Of a stretch of DNA of 64,000 bases, positions 1 through 10,827 are shown one piece after another. Both the position numbers and the translations under genes were made by a program. Source of the DNA: Burkholderiaceae bacterium. GTDB lineage: Bacteria > Pseudomonadota > Gammaproteobacteria > Burkholderiales > Burkholderiaceae. Within the stretch, counting starts at the first letter, position 1, and each line of letters starts with the position of its first letter. The DNA lies in contig CANHPL010000007.1 in the NCBI GenBank assembly GCA_947462685.1, positions 1,152 through 65,151 of the forward strand, written 5' to 3'. The notes under the pieces were generated by a model. It saw only the letters and a list, made by a program, of their open reading frames with translations, did no database searches and was not told the origin of the DNA.

Positions 1-372
1 AGCTGGGTAGTTTTCAGAAACAACCATTAAGCGAGATAAAGATCCCTTAAGTTCATTTTGAGCCGCAATATATTTTTTGAAAGCTTCAGGATCATTAATT
101 AACTCTGGGGTTGCCTGCATTGATCCAACTCGCGAGCGAGCTTCAGTAATTTGAGTTAATACTTCTTTTTCTTGAGTAGCATAACCTTGAACAGTAGCTA
201 CGAGATTGGGAATTAAGTCTGCGCGACGTTGGTATTGATTCAACACTTCAGCCCAATCAGCTTTTACTTGCTCATCAGTTGTTTGGAATGTGTTGTAACC
301 ACAACCCTGAAGAAATATTGTAATCAGTGTGATTAATGAAAAAGTTAAACCACGTTTTAACGTTAAATTCAT
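1..372 (-). CDS. lemA: LemA family lipoprotein, N-terminal 124 codons (partial, runs off the window start)
   Basis: Not in the ORF track because it is truncated. My translation from ATG at 372..370 gives MNLTLKRGLTFSLITLITIFLQGCGYN..NQYQRRADLIPNLVATVQGYA..LMVVSENYPA. It has an LQGC lipobox and the QRRxDLIPNLV and SENYP motifs typical of LemA. Confidence 0.8.
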   Translation of the reverse strand, partial: MNLTLKRGLTFSLITLITIFLQGCGYNTFQTTDEQVKADWAEVLNQYQRRADLIPNLVATVQGYATQEKEVLTQITEARSRVGSMQATPELINDPEAFKKYIAAQNELKGSLSRLMVVSENYPA

Positions 373-545
373 AATTGCCCTTAAAGAAAATATATTAATA
401 ATTTAAAACCTTTTCATGAAAATTAATTACTTTTCAAATATTCACTCATGAATACTCTAAAATCTATTGGGAAATGCCCTTTGCCCATCGCAGAACATGC
501 TCCTATTTTCATTTTTTCATAGGTAGGTTAAATGAATTGATTACT

Positions 546-1223
546 TCAAACCAAAGAACCTGCCTTTAATGTTAAAACTTTATCACATAGCTGAGAAACT
601 TCTGTGTCGTGTGTAACCATGACGATAGTGGTTCCAAAGTCCTGATTTAACTCAAACAAAAGCTCAATTATTCTCTGGCCATTTTCAGTATCTAAACTTC
701 CGGTTGGCTCATCTAAAAATAAAATTTTAGGCTTAGTTATAAATGCTCTAGCTAAAGCAATGCGTTGTTGTTCCCCACCTGACATGGTGGCTGGATAGTG
801 ATTTGACCGATCAGAAAGTCCAATTCTAGTCAGTAAACTATTTGCAAAATCGGTAGTTTGAGGATTGATAAGTCCGGAAATTTCCAGCGGTAAACAAATA
901 TTTTGAAATGCATTCAATTCGGGAATTAATAAAAATGATTGGAAAACAAACCCAACATCATTTTTTCGTAAGGCGGACCGTTGATCTTCATTCAGATCTT
1001 TTAACTCTTGACCAAATAAATGAACTGATCCTTCATACTCAGGATCCAGACCTGCCATAATACTTAATAAAGAGGATTTGCCAGAACCCGAAGCGCCTAA
1101 AATTGCTATAGTTTCTTTTGTGTAAATTGCAAAATTTACTCCATTTAAAATTTTGAGTAATCCGAAATGGGCGGAAACTGTTTTTTGCAAATGTTTTACT
1201 TCAACTAATGGATTATTTAGCAT
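546..1223 (-). CDS. ABC transporter ATP-binding protein (YbbA/LolD-like)
   Basis: Walker A GASGSGKSS, signature MSGGEQQR and Walker B ILFLDEPT are present. It is divergent from a tesA-like gene, as with E. coli ybbA-tesA. No permease gene follows it. Confidence 0.85.
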   Translation of the reverse strand: MLNNPLVEVKHLQKTVSAHFGLLKILNGVNFAIYTKETIAILGASGSGKSSLLSIMAGLDPEYEGSVHLFGQELKDLNEDQRSALRKNDVGFVFQSFLLIPELNAFQNICLPLEISGLINPQTTDFANSLLTRIGLSDRSNHYPATMSGGEQQRIALARAFITKPKILFLDEPTGSLDTENGQRIIELLFELNQDFGTTIVMVTHDTEVSQLCDKVLTLKAGSLV

Positions 1224-1236
1224 TTAAAGCCTACTG

Positions 1237-1878
1237 ATGAATAGATCAAACTTTATTATCGTACAGAAATTTATTTTTCTAATATCCCTGATGTTATGTG
1301 GGTTTCATCTTTGCGCTCAACAGAAAATTCCTCATCGCATTCTCATATTGGGAGATAGTATTTCTGCTGGGTATGGGATACCTAATGGTACTGGTTGGGT
1401 CAATCTTTTACACGACCACTTAAAAAAAAATAATTATCAATTTACTCTATTTAATTCGAGTATTAGCGGTGAAACTTCCGCAGGAGGAAAAGTACGCCTT
1501 GCCAAGCTATTAGAACAGCATCAACCCAATATAGTCATTTTAGAACTTGGTGCAAATGATGCTTTACGAGGCTTTCCTCTCGATACAAGCTATCAAAATT
1601 TACTCCAGATTATTCAAATGAGTCAAGCTAAAAATGCCCAAGTACTTATCCTTGGCATGAAGATCCCAAGTAATTATGGTCCGGAATATACCGCGCAGTT
1701 TGCTAATATGTATGTTGATTTAAGTAAAAAGACACAAAGCAAACTTGTGCCCTTTTTTTTCGAAGGTATCGCCGCTAAACGAGAATACTTTCAAGACGAT
1801 GGGATACACCCTAATCAATCAGCACAAGTGATTCTATTGAATAATATGCTGCCAGTATTCAAAAAGTTACTGCAGTGA
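1237..1878 (+). CDS. tesA: SGNH/GDSL arylesterase / acyl-CoA thioesterase I-like, with signal peptide
   Basis: GDSISAGYG block I, LGANDALRG block III and C-terminal DGIHPN are present, with a hydrophobic N-terminus. The arrangement with the ABC ATPase is divergent. Confidence 0.85.
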   Translation: MNRSNFIIVQKFIFLISLMLCGFHLCAQQKIPHRILILGDSISAGYGIPNGTGWVNLLHDHLKKNNYQFTLFNSSISGETSAGGKVRLAKLLEQHQPNIVILELGANDALRGFPLDTSYQNLLQIIQMSQAKNAQVLILGMKIPSNYGPEYTAQFANMYVDLSKKTQSKLVPFFFEGIAAKREYFQDDGIHPNQSAQVILLNNMLPVFKKLLQ

Positions 1879-3321
1879 TTTAAGCTTTATGACTGGAAAA
1901 CGCTCTTTCATGTTCGCAAAATAAGCGGCTAATTCATTTTGTAGATTTAAATCTGCAATTTGCTTAAATTGTTCAATTTGGGCTTTGGGATTATTTTCTT
2001 TTGACTCTCTTACTTGATTCACACGGTAAAGAGCTATTCCCGAGCCTGGAAGCTTGGCTGACACGACTTTCGGCAATTTACTAGCATCAACACCAAAAAT
2101 CTTCTCAAAGGGCTCACCACTTAAATCCAATGGTTTATTTCTGGAAACCCAAATCGACTTAGAAAATTCTTTACCCTGTAATTTTGCTTGAGGATCAGAT
2201 TGCAATTTTTCTAAGAACTGAGTACCTTCTTTAACTGCCATTTCTTCTGCTTTTTTGGCACGCACTATTTTTTCAATAGCAATCTTTACAGCGTCAAAAT
2301 TTTGAGTTTTAGATTCATTGAATTGGATAACATGCACAGAAATTAAATCCCCATTAGCAAGTTGAACAACTTCTGAATTTTTATTTAGTTTCAAAACATC
2401 GTCTTTAAATAACACTTTTAAAACTTTTTCTTCATTAATAGGATGACCTTTAGGTAAATTTGCCTTACCCGATGCGCTCACTGCTGTTGCCTTTTGAATA
2501 GTTAATTTCAAGGTATCAGCTACAGCTTGGAGACTATCCGCCTGTTCATAGACAATATTTGAAAATGAATCGGCTTTTTGCGTGAATTCTTTTTCAACCA
2601 TTTTTGCATCTCGTTGCAAAATAACATATTCAATGTCTGCAGTTGGAGTAGTCTGAAAATCACTTGGGTGTGCCTGGTAATAATCTTTCAATTCAGACTC
2701 TTCCACTTTGATATTTTTTGCATATTGATCTACCAAAAAAAATACCGCTTGAACTTCTCTTTCAATTCCATAGGCAGCAATTAATTTTTCCGATACAGTA
2801 TTTGCGTTTATACCTTGCTGATTAGAGGCAATAGCATTTTGTAAATCTGCCCCCATTAATTCAGAGCGTTTAATATTTTGAAATTGATTAACGCTAAGAC
2901 CATTACTTTGGAGCAATTGTTTATATTTTTCAGCATCAATAGAGCCGTCAGGTTTCTTTAGGGCTTGAATTTCAGGAAAGCGATTCAATTCTTTTGTTAA
3001 ACGCTCATCAGAAACTTGAAGTCGTAAAGACTGTAATTCATTTTTGAGGAGTTTTTGTTGAATCATTTGATCGAGAACATTTGATTTAAACGCACTTGAA
3101 TTTGCGTATTCTGCTGGTAAGCCACTTTTTTGCGCTTGATTTTTTACTAAGTTGTCAAACTCAACCCCAGAAATAAGATCCTTACCAACCTTGGCAATAT
3201 CAGAGTCTTTACTACCCATATTGGTATAACTTTCTACTCCAATAAAAGCAAAAGACGGCAGAATTAAAGCGAGTAAAACAATTTGTAGTAATTTTTGATG
3301 GGTGCGAACGAATTCAAACAT
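1867..3321 (-). CDS. ppiD: Periplasmic chaperone PpiD-like (SurA N-terminal domain protein, N-terminal membrane anchor)
   Basis: 484 aa with N-terminus MFEFVRTHQKLLQIVLLALILPSFAFIG, typical of PpiD. It lies downstream of lon, as in many proteobacteria. Confidence 0.7.
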   Translation of the reverse strand: MFEFVRTHQKLLQIVLLALILPSFAFIGVESYTNMGSKDSDIAKVGKDLISGVEFDNLVKNQAQKSGLPAEYANSSAFKSNVLDQMIQQKLLKNELQSLRLQVSDERLTKELNRFPEIQALKKPDGSIDAEKYKQLLQSNGLSVNQFQNIKRSELMGADLQNAIASNQQGINANTVSEKLIAAYGIEREVQAVFFLVDQYAKNIKVEESELKDYYQAHPSDFQTTPTADIEYVILQRDAKMVEKEFTQKADSFSNIVYEQADSLQAVADTLKLTIQKATAVSASGKANLPKGHPINEEKVLKVLFKDDVLKLNKNSEVVQLANGDLISVHVIQFNESKTQNFDAVKIAIEKIVRAKKAEEMAVKEGTQFLEKLQSDPQAKLQGKEFSKSIWVSRNKPLDLSGEPFEKIFGVDASKLPKVVSAKLPGSGIALYRVNQVRESKENNPKAQIEQFKQIADLNLQNELAAYFANMKERFPVIKLKSLQ

Positions 3322-3373
3322 GGAGAGTCATTATTTAGTAGTAATTATTAAAGTATAACGGAGACAGAAATAG

Positions 3374-3449
3374 TGGTGGGTGCTGACGGGATCGAACCGC
3401 CGACATTCTGCGTGTAAGGCAGACGCTCTACCATCTGAGCTAAGCACCC
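3374..3449 (-). tRNA. tRNA-Val (anticodon TAC)
   Basis: The reverse complement GGGTGCTTAGCTCAGATGGTAGAGCGTCTGCCTTACACGCAGAATGTCGGCGGTTCGATCCCGTCAGCACCCACCA folds as a 76-nt cloverleaf. The anticodon loop is CTTACAC and CCA is encoded. Confidence 0.93.
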
Positions 3450-3559
3450 TCTTGAAGGAATCACTGAAGAAAATTCCAAATTAGAAAGTTTCTTAATTTC
3501 AATATACAAACCAAGAAAGTCTTTTATTATATATTGAAATTTTCTGGAATTCAATCTTC

Positions 3560-5974
3560 TTAATGCTTTAATACTTCCTCAGTCTCTGGCTTTGGTGGAG
3601 TGGCTTCTTTAGCAACTACAACCTCTTCCTCTATAAGAGGTTTTGGCATCGTTTCAAGAGCCATCTCTAAAACTTTATCAATCCAGCGGACAGGCACAAT
3701 TTCGATAGAATTTTTCACATTGTCTGGGATTTCAATCAAATCTTTGACGTTTTCCTCAGGGATCAACACTGTCTTAATACCTCCTCGATGGGCCGCAAGC
3801 AGTTTTTCTTTTAATCCACCAATTGGCAAGACCTCGCCACGTAAAGTAATTTCGCCTGTCATTGCCACATCTGCTTTCACAGGAATGCCTGTCAAAATCG
3901 ATACAAGTGCAGTTGAAATAGCGATACCTGCTGAAGGACCGTCTTTCGGGGTTGCACCTTCAGGAAAGTGAATGTGGATGTCTTTTTTCTCAAACATCTC
4001 TTCACGAATTCCTAATTGTCTAGACCGTGAGCGAACAACAGACCTAGCAGCCTCAACAGACTCTTTCATCACATCACCAATCGACCCGGTGCGAATAATG
4101 TTGCCTTTACCTGGCATGAGAGCGGCTTCAATGGTTAATAAATCTCCACCAACCTCAGTCCATGCAAGACCTGTGACTTGACCAATTTGATTTTCTTTAT
4201 TTGCAAGTCCAAAATCATAACGTTTAACTGATAAGAATTTCTCTAAATTATTAGAGTCAACCACAATCGGCGCTTGCTCTTTTTTCAACAGCAGTAATTT
4301 CACGACTTTACGGCAAATCTTACTAATTTCTCGCTCAAGGGCACGCACACCAGCTTCGCGCGTGTAATAACGAATAATGTCTTGTATAGCTGATTCTTTT
4401 ACATCGATTTCACCAACTTTTAAACCATTATTTTTAATCTGTTTGGGTAACAGATACTTCATTGCAATATGGGTTTTTTCATCCTCAGTATATCCAGCAA
4501 GACGAATCACTTCCATACGATCCAATAACGGTCCGGGAATGTTAAGTGAGTTTGAAGTAGCAACAAACATCACATCCGACAAATCAAAATCTACTTCTAC
4601 ATAATGATCTTGAAAGGTGTGATTTTGCTCAGGATCTAACACTTCTAACATCGCACTTGCCGGATCGCCCCTAAAATCCATACCCATCTTGTCAATTTCA
4701 TCTAATAAAAACAATGGGTTTCGCACACCTACTTTTGTCAAACTACTCAAGATTTTGCCTGGCATAGAACCAATATAGGTTCTTCTATGGCCACGAATCT
4801 CAGATTCATCACGCACACCACCCAAAGCCATCCGCACAAATTTACGATTCGTTGCTTTAGCAATCGATTGTCCTAGAGAGGTTTTACCAACGCCAGGAGG
4901 CCCGACTAAACATAAGATCGGAGCCTTTACTTTTTCGACACGCTGCTGAACAGCAAGATATTCCAAGATACGTTCTTTGACCTTATCAAGACCATAATGA
5001 TCATCATTCAAAACCGATTCAGCATGATTGAGATCGATATTCACCTTGCTTTTTTTCTTCCACGGCAAATTAATTAACGTATCAATATAATTCCGAACAA
5101 CTGTAGCCTCAGCTGACATGGGAGACATCAACTTCAATTTTTTAAGTTCTGATTCAGCTTTTTTCAGTGCTTCTTTAGGCATCTTTGCGAGTTTGATTTT
5201 CTTTTCCAACTCCTCTAAATCAGCACCCTCTTCACCTTCGCCCAGTTCTTTTTGAATGGCCTTTACTTGCTCATTTAGATAATATTCCCGCTGACTCTTT
5301 TCCATTTGACGTTTGACGCGCCCACGAATACGTTTCTCGACTTGTAATATATCGATTTCACTCTCTAATTGACCTAGGAGACTTTCAAGACGCTTCACAA
5401 CATCACTCATTTCGAGCAATAATTGTTTTTGATCTAACTTGATGGGTAAATGAGCACAAATAGTATCTGCTAAACGGCTTGCATCATCAATCCCTGTCAA
5501 GGAAGCTAAAATTTCTTGAGGAATCTTTTTGTTTAATTTTACATATTGGTCAAATTGCGCAACAATGGCACGCTTCAGGGCCTCTGTTTCAGATTGATCA
5601 ACATTGGAGATCGCTTGAGGAGTAGCTTCACAATTAAAATAGCCTAAGGAATCTTCTATTTGGCTTACATCAGCTCTTTGTGTACCCTCTACCAATACTT
5701 TGACAGTACCGTCTGGTAATTTCAACATTTGCAATATATTGGCAATACAACCAACGTGGTATAAATCCTGAACCGTTGGTTCATCTTTGGATGCTGTTTT
5801 TTGAGCTACTAACAAAATACTTTTACCCGTTTCCATCGCTGCTTCTAGGGCCTTAATAGACTTCGGTCTTCCAACAAATAATGGCATTACCATGTGTGGA
5901 AACACGACTACGTCGCGCAAAGGCAACAATGGTAGCTGAATAGGCTCAGTTGGTAAAAGTAGATTGCCAGGCAT
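3560..5974 (-). CDS. lon: ATP-dependent Lon protease
   Basis: 804 aa with Walker A GPPGVGKTS and protease active-site region PKDGPSAGIA. Sits in lon-clpX-clpP-tig synteny. Confidence 0.97.
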   Translation of the reverse strand: MPGNLLLPTEPIQLPLLPLRDVVVFPHMVMPLFVGRPKSIKALEAAMETGKSILLVAQKTASKDEPTVQDLYHVGCIANILQMLKLPDGTVKVLVEGTQRADVSQIEDSLGYFNCEATPQAISNVDQSETEALKRAIVAQFDQYVKLNKKIPQEILASLTGIDDASRLADTICAHLPIKLDQKQLLLEMSDVVKRLESLLGQLESEIDILQVEKRIRGRVKRQMEKSQREYYLNEQVKAIQKELGEGEEGADLEELEKKIKLAKMPKEALKKAESELKKLKLMSPMSAEATVVRNYIDTLINLPWKKKSKVNIDLNHAESVLNDDHYGLDKVKERILEYLAVQQRVEKVKAPILCLVGPPGVGKTSLGQSIAKATNRKFVRMALGGVRDESEIRGHRRTYIGSMPGKILSSLTKVGVRNPLFLLDEIDKMGMDFRGDPASAMLEVLDPEQNHTFQDHYVEVDFDLSDVMFVATSNSLNIPGPLLDRMEVIRLAGYTEDEKTHIAMKYLLPKQIKNNGLKVGEIDVKESAIQDIIRYYTREAGVRALEREISKICRKVVKLLLLKKEQAPIVVDSNNLEKFLSVKRYDFGLANKENQIGQVTGLAWTEVGGDLLTIEAALMPGKGNIIRTGSIGDVMKESVEAARSVVRSRSRQLGIREEMFEKKDIHIHFPEGATPKDGPSAGIAISTALVSILTGIPVKADVAMTGEITLRGEVLPIGGLKEKLLAAHRGGIKTVLIPEENVKDLIEIPDNVKNSIEIVPVRWIDKVLEMALETMPKPLIEEEVVVAKEATPPKPETEEVLKH

Positions 5975-6127
5975 ATTTAAATCTCCAATTAGGCGAAAAG
6001 CAATAAATAAGTATTTCTACAGAGTATTTAGTGCCAAATGGTTCAATTACAAGATTAGAATACACTTTTTTTATTGAACATGAGAACTTCTAATCATTTT
6101 AATAGAGACGCTTAACTTACAAAAAGC

Positions 6128-7438
6128 TTAAGCTGCTGATGATGGGCTTTGATGAACTAAGATCGGTTTCCCACCACTCACACAACTGGCATCAATTACT
6201 ACTTTTTCAATCGCTTTCTGCGAAGGTAGTTCGTACATGATATCGAGTAAGATGCCTTCAAGAATCGAACGTAAGCCACGTGCTCCGGTATTTCTTTCCA
6301 TGGCCTTCTTGGCTATTGCTTTTAAGGCGTCTTCGCGAAACTCAAGCGCAACATGCTCAAGATCAAATAATGCTTGATATTGTTTAACTAGCGCATTTTT
6401 AGGCTCAGTCAAAATTTGAATAAATGCATCTTCATCTAGTTGGGTTAAAGTAGCTATGACAGGCAAGCGGCCAATCAATTCAGGTATTAAACCAAACTTG
6501 ATTAAATCGTCAGGTTCCACTTGTTCAATGAGTTCACCTAATTTTTGGGAATTCTTACTTTGTACATTTGCATTAAAACCAATTCCTGCTTTAGAAGATC
6601 TTAAATTAATAATCTTTTCAAGGCCATCAAACGCCCCACCACAAATAAATAAAATATTGGTCGTATCAATTTGCAGAAAATCTTGATTAGGATGCTTTCT
6701 ACCACCTTGGGGAGGTATGGATGCAACAGTTCCTTCAACAAGTTTTAACAATGCTTGTTGAACCCCTTCTCCCGATACATCTCTTGTGATGGATGGGTTC
6801 TCAGATTTTCTTGAAATCTTATCAATCTCATCAATATAGACAATTCCTCGCTGGGCTTTTTCAACATCATAACTACATGCTTGTAACAGTTTTTGAATAA
6901 TATTTTCTACATCTTCACCAACATAACCAGCCTCAGTCAATGTGGTGGCATCTGCCATCACAAATGGGACATCTAATAGTCTGGCTAAAGTCTGAGCTAA
7001 GAGTGTCTTCCCTGAACCAGTGGGCCCAATTAATAAAATATTACTTTTAGCTAATTCAACTCCATTGACCATGGCGGTCTTACGAGAAGATGAATTCTCC
7101 TTATTTTTCACATCAACCGGCTGAAGATTATTGAGTCTTTTGTAGTGGTTATAAACCGCTACAGCCAAGGTTTTTTTTGCTTGACCTTGACCAATCACGT
7201 ACTGGTCAAGAATCGTTTTAATGTGTTCTGGAGTAGGTAACTCTGATTGAGCAGCTGAAGATGCCGCTAACCTGGCTTGGTCACCGCCTTCAGCAATAAC
7301 CTCGTTACATAAATTAACACATTCATCGCAAATAAAAACGGAAGGTCCCGCAATCATCCTCATGACTTCGTCATGATTTTTCCCACAAAATGAACAAATC
7401 AGGTTTTTATTAGGATTATCGGGTCCGCTAGTCGTCAA
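6128..7438 (-). CDS. clpX: ATP-dependent Clp protease ATP-binding subunit ClpX
   Basis: N-terminal zinc finger CSFCGK..CDEC and Walker A GPTGSGKT are present. Adjacent to clpP. Confidence 0.97.
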   Translation of the reverse strand: MTTSGPDNPNKNLICSFCGKNHDEVMRMIAGPSVFICDECVNLCNEVIAEGGDQARLAASSAAQSELPTPEHIKTILDQYVIGQGQAKKTLAVAVYNHYKRLNNLQPVDVKNKENSSSRKTAMVNGVELAKSNILLIGPTGSGKTLLAQTLARLLDVPFVMADATTLTEAGYVGEDVENIIQKLLQACSYDVEKAQRGIVYIDEIDKISRKSENPSITRDVSGEGVQQALLKLVEGTVASIPPQGGRKHPNQDFLQIDTTNILFICGGAFDGLEKIINLRSSKAGIGFNANVQSKNSQKLGELIEQVEPDDLIKFGLIPELIGRLPVIATLTQLDEDAFIQILTEPKNALVKQYQALFDLEHVALEFREDALKAIAKKAMERNTGARGLRSILEGILLDIMYELPSQKAIEKVVIDASCVSGGKPILVHQSPSSAA

Positions 7439-7444
7439 TTCTGT

Positions 7445-8068
7445 TTACCTCGAAGTAATCACTTTGTCGATTAAACCGTATTCCTGTGCCTGATTTGCTG
7501 ACATAAAATTGTCACGATCAGTATCTTTAGCAATCGTTTCAATAGTCTGACCGGTTCCTTCAGCGAGAATCTTATTTAACTGTTCACGCAAATACAAAAT
7601 TTCACGAGCCTGAATCTCGATATCTGATGCCTGACCACGTGCACCACCTAAGGGTTGGTGAATCATAATTCTAGAATTTGGCAGTGCAAAACGTTTACCT
7701 TTTGCACCAGCTGATAACAAAAAAGCTCCCATACTTGCTGCTAAACCCATACATAATGTACTGACATCAGGTTTGATAAAATTCATCGTATCGAAAATCG
7801 CTAAACCTGATGAAACAGATCCACCTGGTGAATTGATATATAAAGAAATATCTTTATCTGGGTTTTCACTCTCTAAAAACAGCATTTGAGCAATAACTAA
7901 GTTAGCAGTATGGTCATTAACTTCACCAACTAAAAAAATAACACGCTCTTTTAATAAGCGAGAATAAATATCGTAAGCTCTCTCACCTCGACCTGAAGTT
8001 TCAATCACCATTGGAACTAAACCAAGATTTTGTGGCAATAGTGATGGATCAAAATCTTTTAGCGACAT
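7445..8068 (-). CDS. clpP: ATP-dependent Clp protease proteolytic subunit ClpP
   Basis: 207 aa with the [11 protein letters not shown] active-site Ser region and MIHQPLGG His region. Confidence 0.97.
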   Translation of the reverse strand: MSLKDFDPSLLPQNLGLVPMVIETSGRGERAYDIYSRLLKERVIFLVGEVNDHTANLVIAQMLFLESENPDKDISLYINSPGGSVSSGLAIFDTMNFIKPDVSTLCMGLAASMGAFLLSAGAKGKRFALPNSRIMIHQPLGGARGQASDIEIQAREILYLREQLNKILAEGTGQTIETIAKDTDRDNFMSANQAQEYGLIDKVITSR

Positions 8069-8097
8069 AAATATTTCCTTTAAAAGTAATTTATATA

Positions 8098-9435
8098 TTA
8101 CTTGATGACGCTTAATTCTTCAAAACTTACTTTTTTATCAATCACTTTTGCTTTTGATAGTACATAAGCCACAACATTGTTTTCAGTTACTAATGATTCA
8201 ATATCTCCAAGTCGACTAGGGTCGCTGTAGTACCAGCGAGTCACTTCTTTGGGATCATCATAACTTGCTGCTTGATCTTCAATTTCTGCTTTAATTTGCT
8301 CTGCAGTTGATTTTAAGGACTCATCCTTGACCAGTTGATTGAGAATCAGACCTAATTTAACTCTCTGTTCCGCTTGAGAAGCAAACATACCGGGAGGAAT
8401 CGGAGCATTTTTGGCATTCGGAACACCACGTTGCTCTAAATCACTGCGCGCCATGTCGATTAAACGCTCTTCTTCTTGGCTCACTAAAAATTTAGGTAAC
8501 TCCAATGTGCATGCATTTGACAGAGCATCTAAAGCCTGATTTTTTAAAATACTTTGTTTTCTGCGTGAAATTTCACGCTCTAGATTCTGACGAACCTCAT
8601 TACGCACCTTCTCCAAACCACCATCAGTAATACCTAAACTTAAAGCAAACTCATCATTTAATTCAGGCAAATGAGGCCACTCTACTTTTTTCATAGTAAT
8701 TTTGAATTCAGCAGTTTTTCCTGCCACTTCTTTACCGTGATAATCCTCAGGAAAGCTTAATGGAAATGTCTTATCCGCGCCTTGAACCAAACCAAGGGCT
8801 GCTGCTTCAAATTCAGGCAACATCTGTCCTTGACCCAGAACAAAAGTAAAGTCATCCGCTTTGCCACCATCAAACTGAACACCATCAATCGATCCAACAA
8901 AATCAATCGTAACTTGGTCACCTGACTGGGCTGATTGATCAGAGCCACCATCACCATGACCATGTTCTTCGCCACGCGGATGATAATGAACGCGTTGTTT
9001 ACGAAGTAAATCGATAGTTTTATCAATCTCAGCATCATTTACATCTGTATCGTAACGTGTGATTTCTGTTTGACTTACGTCACCAATCGTAACTTGTGGA
9101 AATACTTCAAAAATTGCATCAAAAACAATTTGATCTGCGTCTAATTCACTTTTTGGCTCTAAGCGCGGTTGACCAACTAACTCTATTTTCTCGGCTTGCG
9201 CAAATTCAAAAAAGCGATCAGAAGCGTGATCAAAAGACAACTCAAAGTCTACCTGTTGGCCATATTGCTGCTCAATCATTTTCAATGGCACTTTTCCGGG
9301 TCTAAACCCGGCCATTTTCATATTCTTACCAAGTTGTTTTAATTTTGCTTCGCGCTTAGGCAAAAGTTCAGATTTGGAAAACTCTAAAGAAACTTTTCTT
9401 TCTAGAGCGCCAATATTTTCAATTTGAAGTGACAT
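8098..9435 (-). CDS. tig: Trigger factor
   Basis: 445 aa with the GFRPGKVP ribosome-binding signature, located upstream of clpP-clpX-lon. Confidence 0.95.
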   Translation of the reverse strand: MSLQIENIGALERKVSLEFSKSELLPKREAKLKQLGKNMKMAGFRPGKVPLKMIEQQYGQQVDFELSFDHASDRFFEFAQAEKIELVGQPRLEPKSELDADQIVFDAIFEVFPQVTIGDVSQTEITRYDTDVNDAEIDKTIDLLRKQRVHYHPRGEEHGHGDGGSDQSAQSGDQVTIDFVGSIDGVQFDGGKADDFTFVLGQGQMLPEFEAAALGLVQGADKTFPLSFPEDYHGKEVAGKTAEFKITMKKVEWPHLPELNDEFALSLGITDGGLEKVRNEVRQNLEREISRRKQSILKNQALDALSNACTLELPKFLVSQEEERLIDMARSDLEQRGVPNAKNAPIPPGMFASQAEQRVKLGLILNQLVKDESLKSTAEQIKAEIEDQAASYDDPKEVTRWYYSDPSRLGDIESLVTENNVVAYVLSKAKVIDKKVSFEELSVIK

Positions 9436-9540
9436 AAGTTTTTAAGGTAATAAAACAAGTTAATCATTTTTGAGAAATTCAGCTTTTTATCATTGTTATA
9501 AGCTCCTGAGGAGCAAAAAACAATTATTTAAAGCCTATCT

Positions 9541-9627
9541 TGGTGCGAGGAGGGGGACTCGAACCCCCACACCATTTCTGGCGTCAGGACCTAAACCTGG
9601 TGCGTCTACCAATTTCGCCATCCTCGC
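9541..9627 (-). tRNA. tRNA-Leu (anticodon TAG), class II with long variable arm
   Basis: The reverse complement is GCGAGGATGGCGAAATTGGTAGACGCACCAGGTTTAGGTCCTGACGCCAGAAATGGTGTGGGGGTTCGAGTCCCCCTCCTCGCACCA, 87 nt. The anticodon loop is TTTAGGT and the T-arm is GGGGG/CCCCC. Confidence 0.9.
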
Positions 9628-9709
9628 AACTGCAATTTCACAAAGTAATCGGACATTTTACAATGTCTTAGCTTCCAAGGGGATAAGTTTAAAAATAAGT
9701 CTGGTAAAT

Positions 9710-10819
9710 TTATCGTTTTAAGCTTGGATAATCGGTATAGCCTTTTTCTGAACCACCATAAAAAGTATCCCGTTGGTATGGATTTAGGGGTGCATTTTCT
9801 GCAAATCGTTCTACTAAATCAGGATTAGATATATATAGCCTTCCATAAGCAATAGCGTCCGCTTGATTATTTTGTAAAGCCGCTTCACCAGATTGACGAT
9901 CGTATCCTCCAGCGCTGATAAAACAGCCTTTATAAACATTTCTGAACTGATCTGATGTACATGGAGCTTCGGTTTCTACTTTGTCATTCGCGCCTGCAGA
10001 TGTCGATCTTGGCTCAATGACATGCAAATAGCCTAATTGGTAGGTATTTAACATTTCAATCACATACGTAAATAAGCCAATTGGATCTTCATCAGAAATA
10101 TCACCAAATGTTCCAAATGGAGAGAGTCTCACCCCAATTCTGGATGAATCAAAAACTGTCTTCACCCGATCTAAAATTTGTTGAATCAGCCGTGTACGAT
10201 TTTCCTTGGAGCCACCATATTCATCTGTTCTTTGATTCGTCGATGATTGCAAAAATTGATCTAATAAATAGCCATTGGCATTATGGATCTCAACCCCATC
10301 AAAGCCCGCCTCTTTGGCATTTAAAGCCCCTTGATAAAATTGCTCAATCACAGTATGAATATCTTTTACTGTCATTGCTCTTGGAGTCTCATAAGGCACC
10401 ATACTCCAAGATTGTGTAAATGTTTTTCCTTCGGGTTTGATTGCTGATGGCGCAATCGGTAAACCATCGGTCTCATGAAAAGAGCTGTGAGAGATTCTAC
10501 CCACATGCCATAATTGCGCAAAAATCTTCCCCCCTTTTGCATGAACGCCTTGAACAATTTTTGCCCATGCTGCGGTTTGTTCAGGACTGTATAAACCTGG
10601 AGTTGCCGGATAGCCCTTACCTAAAGGACTAACCTGTGTGGCTTCTGAGATAATTAATCCTGCACTTGCTCGTTGAACATAATAGCTCTGCGCTAAAGGA
10701 TTGGGGACATCATTTTCTATCGCACGCATCCGTGTCAAAGGCGCCATCACAATTCTATTTTTTAATTCTAAAGTCCCCATTTTTAAAGGCTGTAATAACT
10801 GCAAATTTTCTTGTGGCAT
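9710..10819 (-). CDS. Old Yellow Enzyme family NADH:flavin oxidoreductase / alkene reductase (NemA-like)
   Basis: 369 aa with N-terminal LKNRIVMAPLTRMRA, HNANGYLLDQFL and YGGSKENRTR motifs typical of OYE. Confidence 0.88.
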   Translation of the reverse strand: MPQENLQLLQPLKMGTLELKNRIVMAPLTRMRAIENDVPNPLAQSYYVQRASAGLIISEATQVSPLGKGYPATPGLYSPEQTAAWAKIVQGVHAKGGKIFAQLWHVGRISHSSFHETDGLPIAPSAIKPEGKTFTQSWSMVPYETPRAMTVKDIHTVIEQFYQGALNAKEAGFDGVEIHNANGYLLDQFLQSSTNQRTDEYGGSKENRTRLIQQILDRVKTVFDSSRIGVRLSPFGTFGDISDEDPIGLFTYVIEMLNTYQLGYLHVIEPRSTSAGANDKVETEAPCTSDQFRNVYKGCFISAGGYDRQSGEAALQNNQADAIAYGRLYISNPDLVERFAENAPLNPYQRDTFYGGSEKGYTDYPSLKR

Positions 10820-10827
10820 TAATATTC

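Noticed and set aside
546-1223. ABC ATPase lacking an adjacent permease, considered as an unusual orphan
   Set aside because: Only the ATPase is visible. The partner FtsX-like permease may be encoded elsewhere, so there is nothing in the sequence itself to analyse further.
3348-3554. 68-aa ORF on the minus strand
   Set aside because: It is largely made of the tRNA-Val gene sequence (3374..3449) and AT-rich spacer, so it is an artefact ORF.
6026-6053. Possible sigma32 heat-shock promoter upstream of lon (minus strand: CTTGTAA, 13-nt spacer, CACTAAAT)
   Set aside because: The -35 matches CTTGAAA well, but the -10 shares only about half of CCCCATNT. The match is too weak to call without a mapped TSS.
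9502-9514. Short hairpin GCTCC-TGA-GGAGC between tRNA-Leu and tig, considered as a tRNA terminator
   Set aside because: The stem is only 5 bp. On the transcribed (minus) strand the T-run precedes rather than follows the hairpin, so it is not a canonical intrinsic terminator.
9470-9721. 83-aa ORF on the plus strand
   Set aside because: It runs antisense through tRNA-Leu (9541..9627) and has no coding signal.
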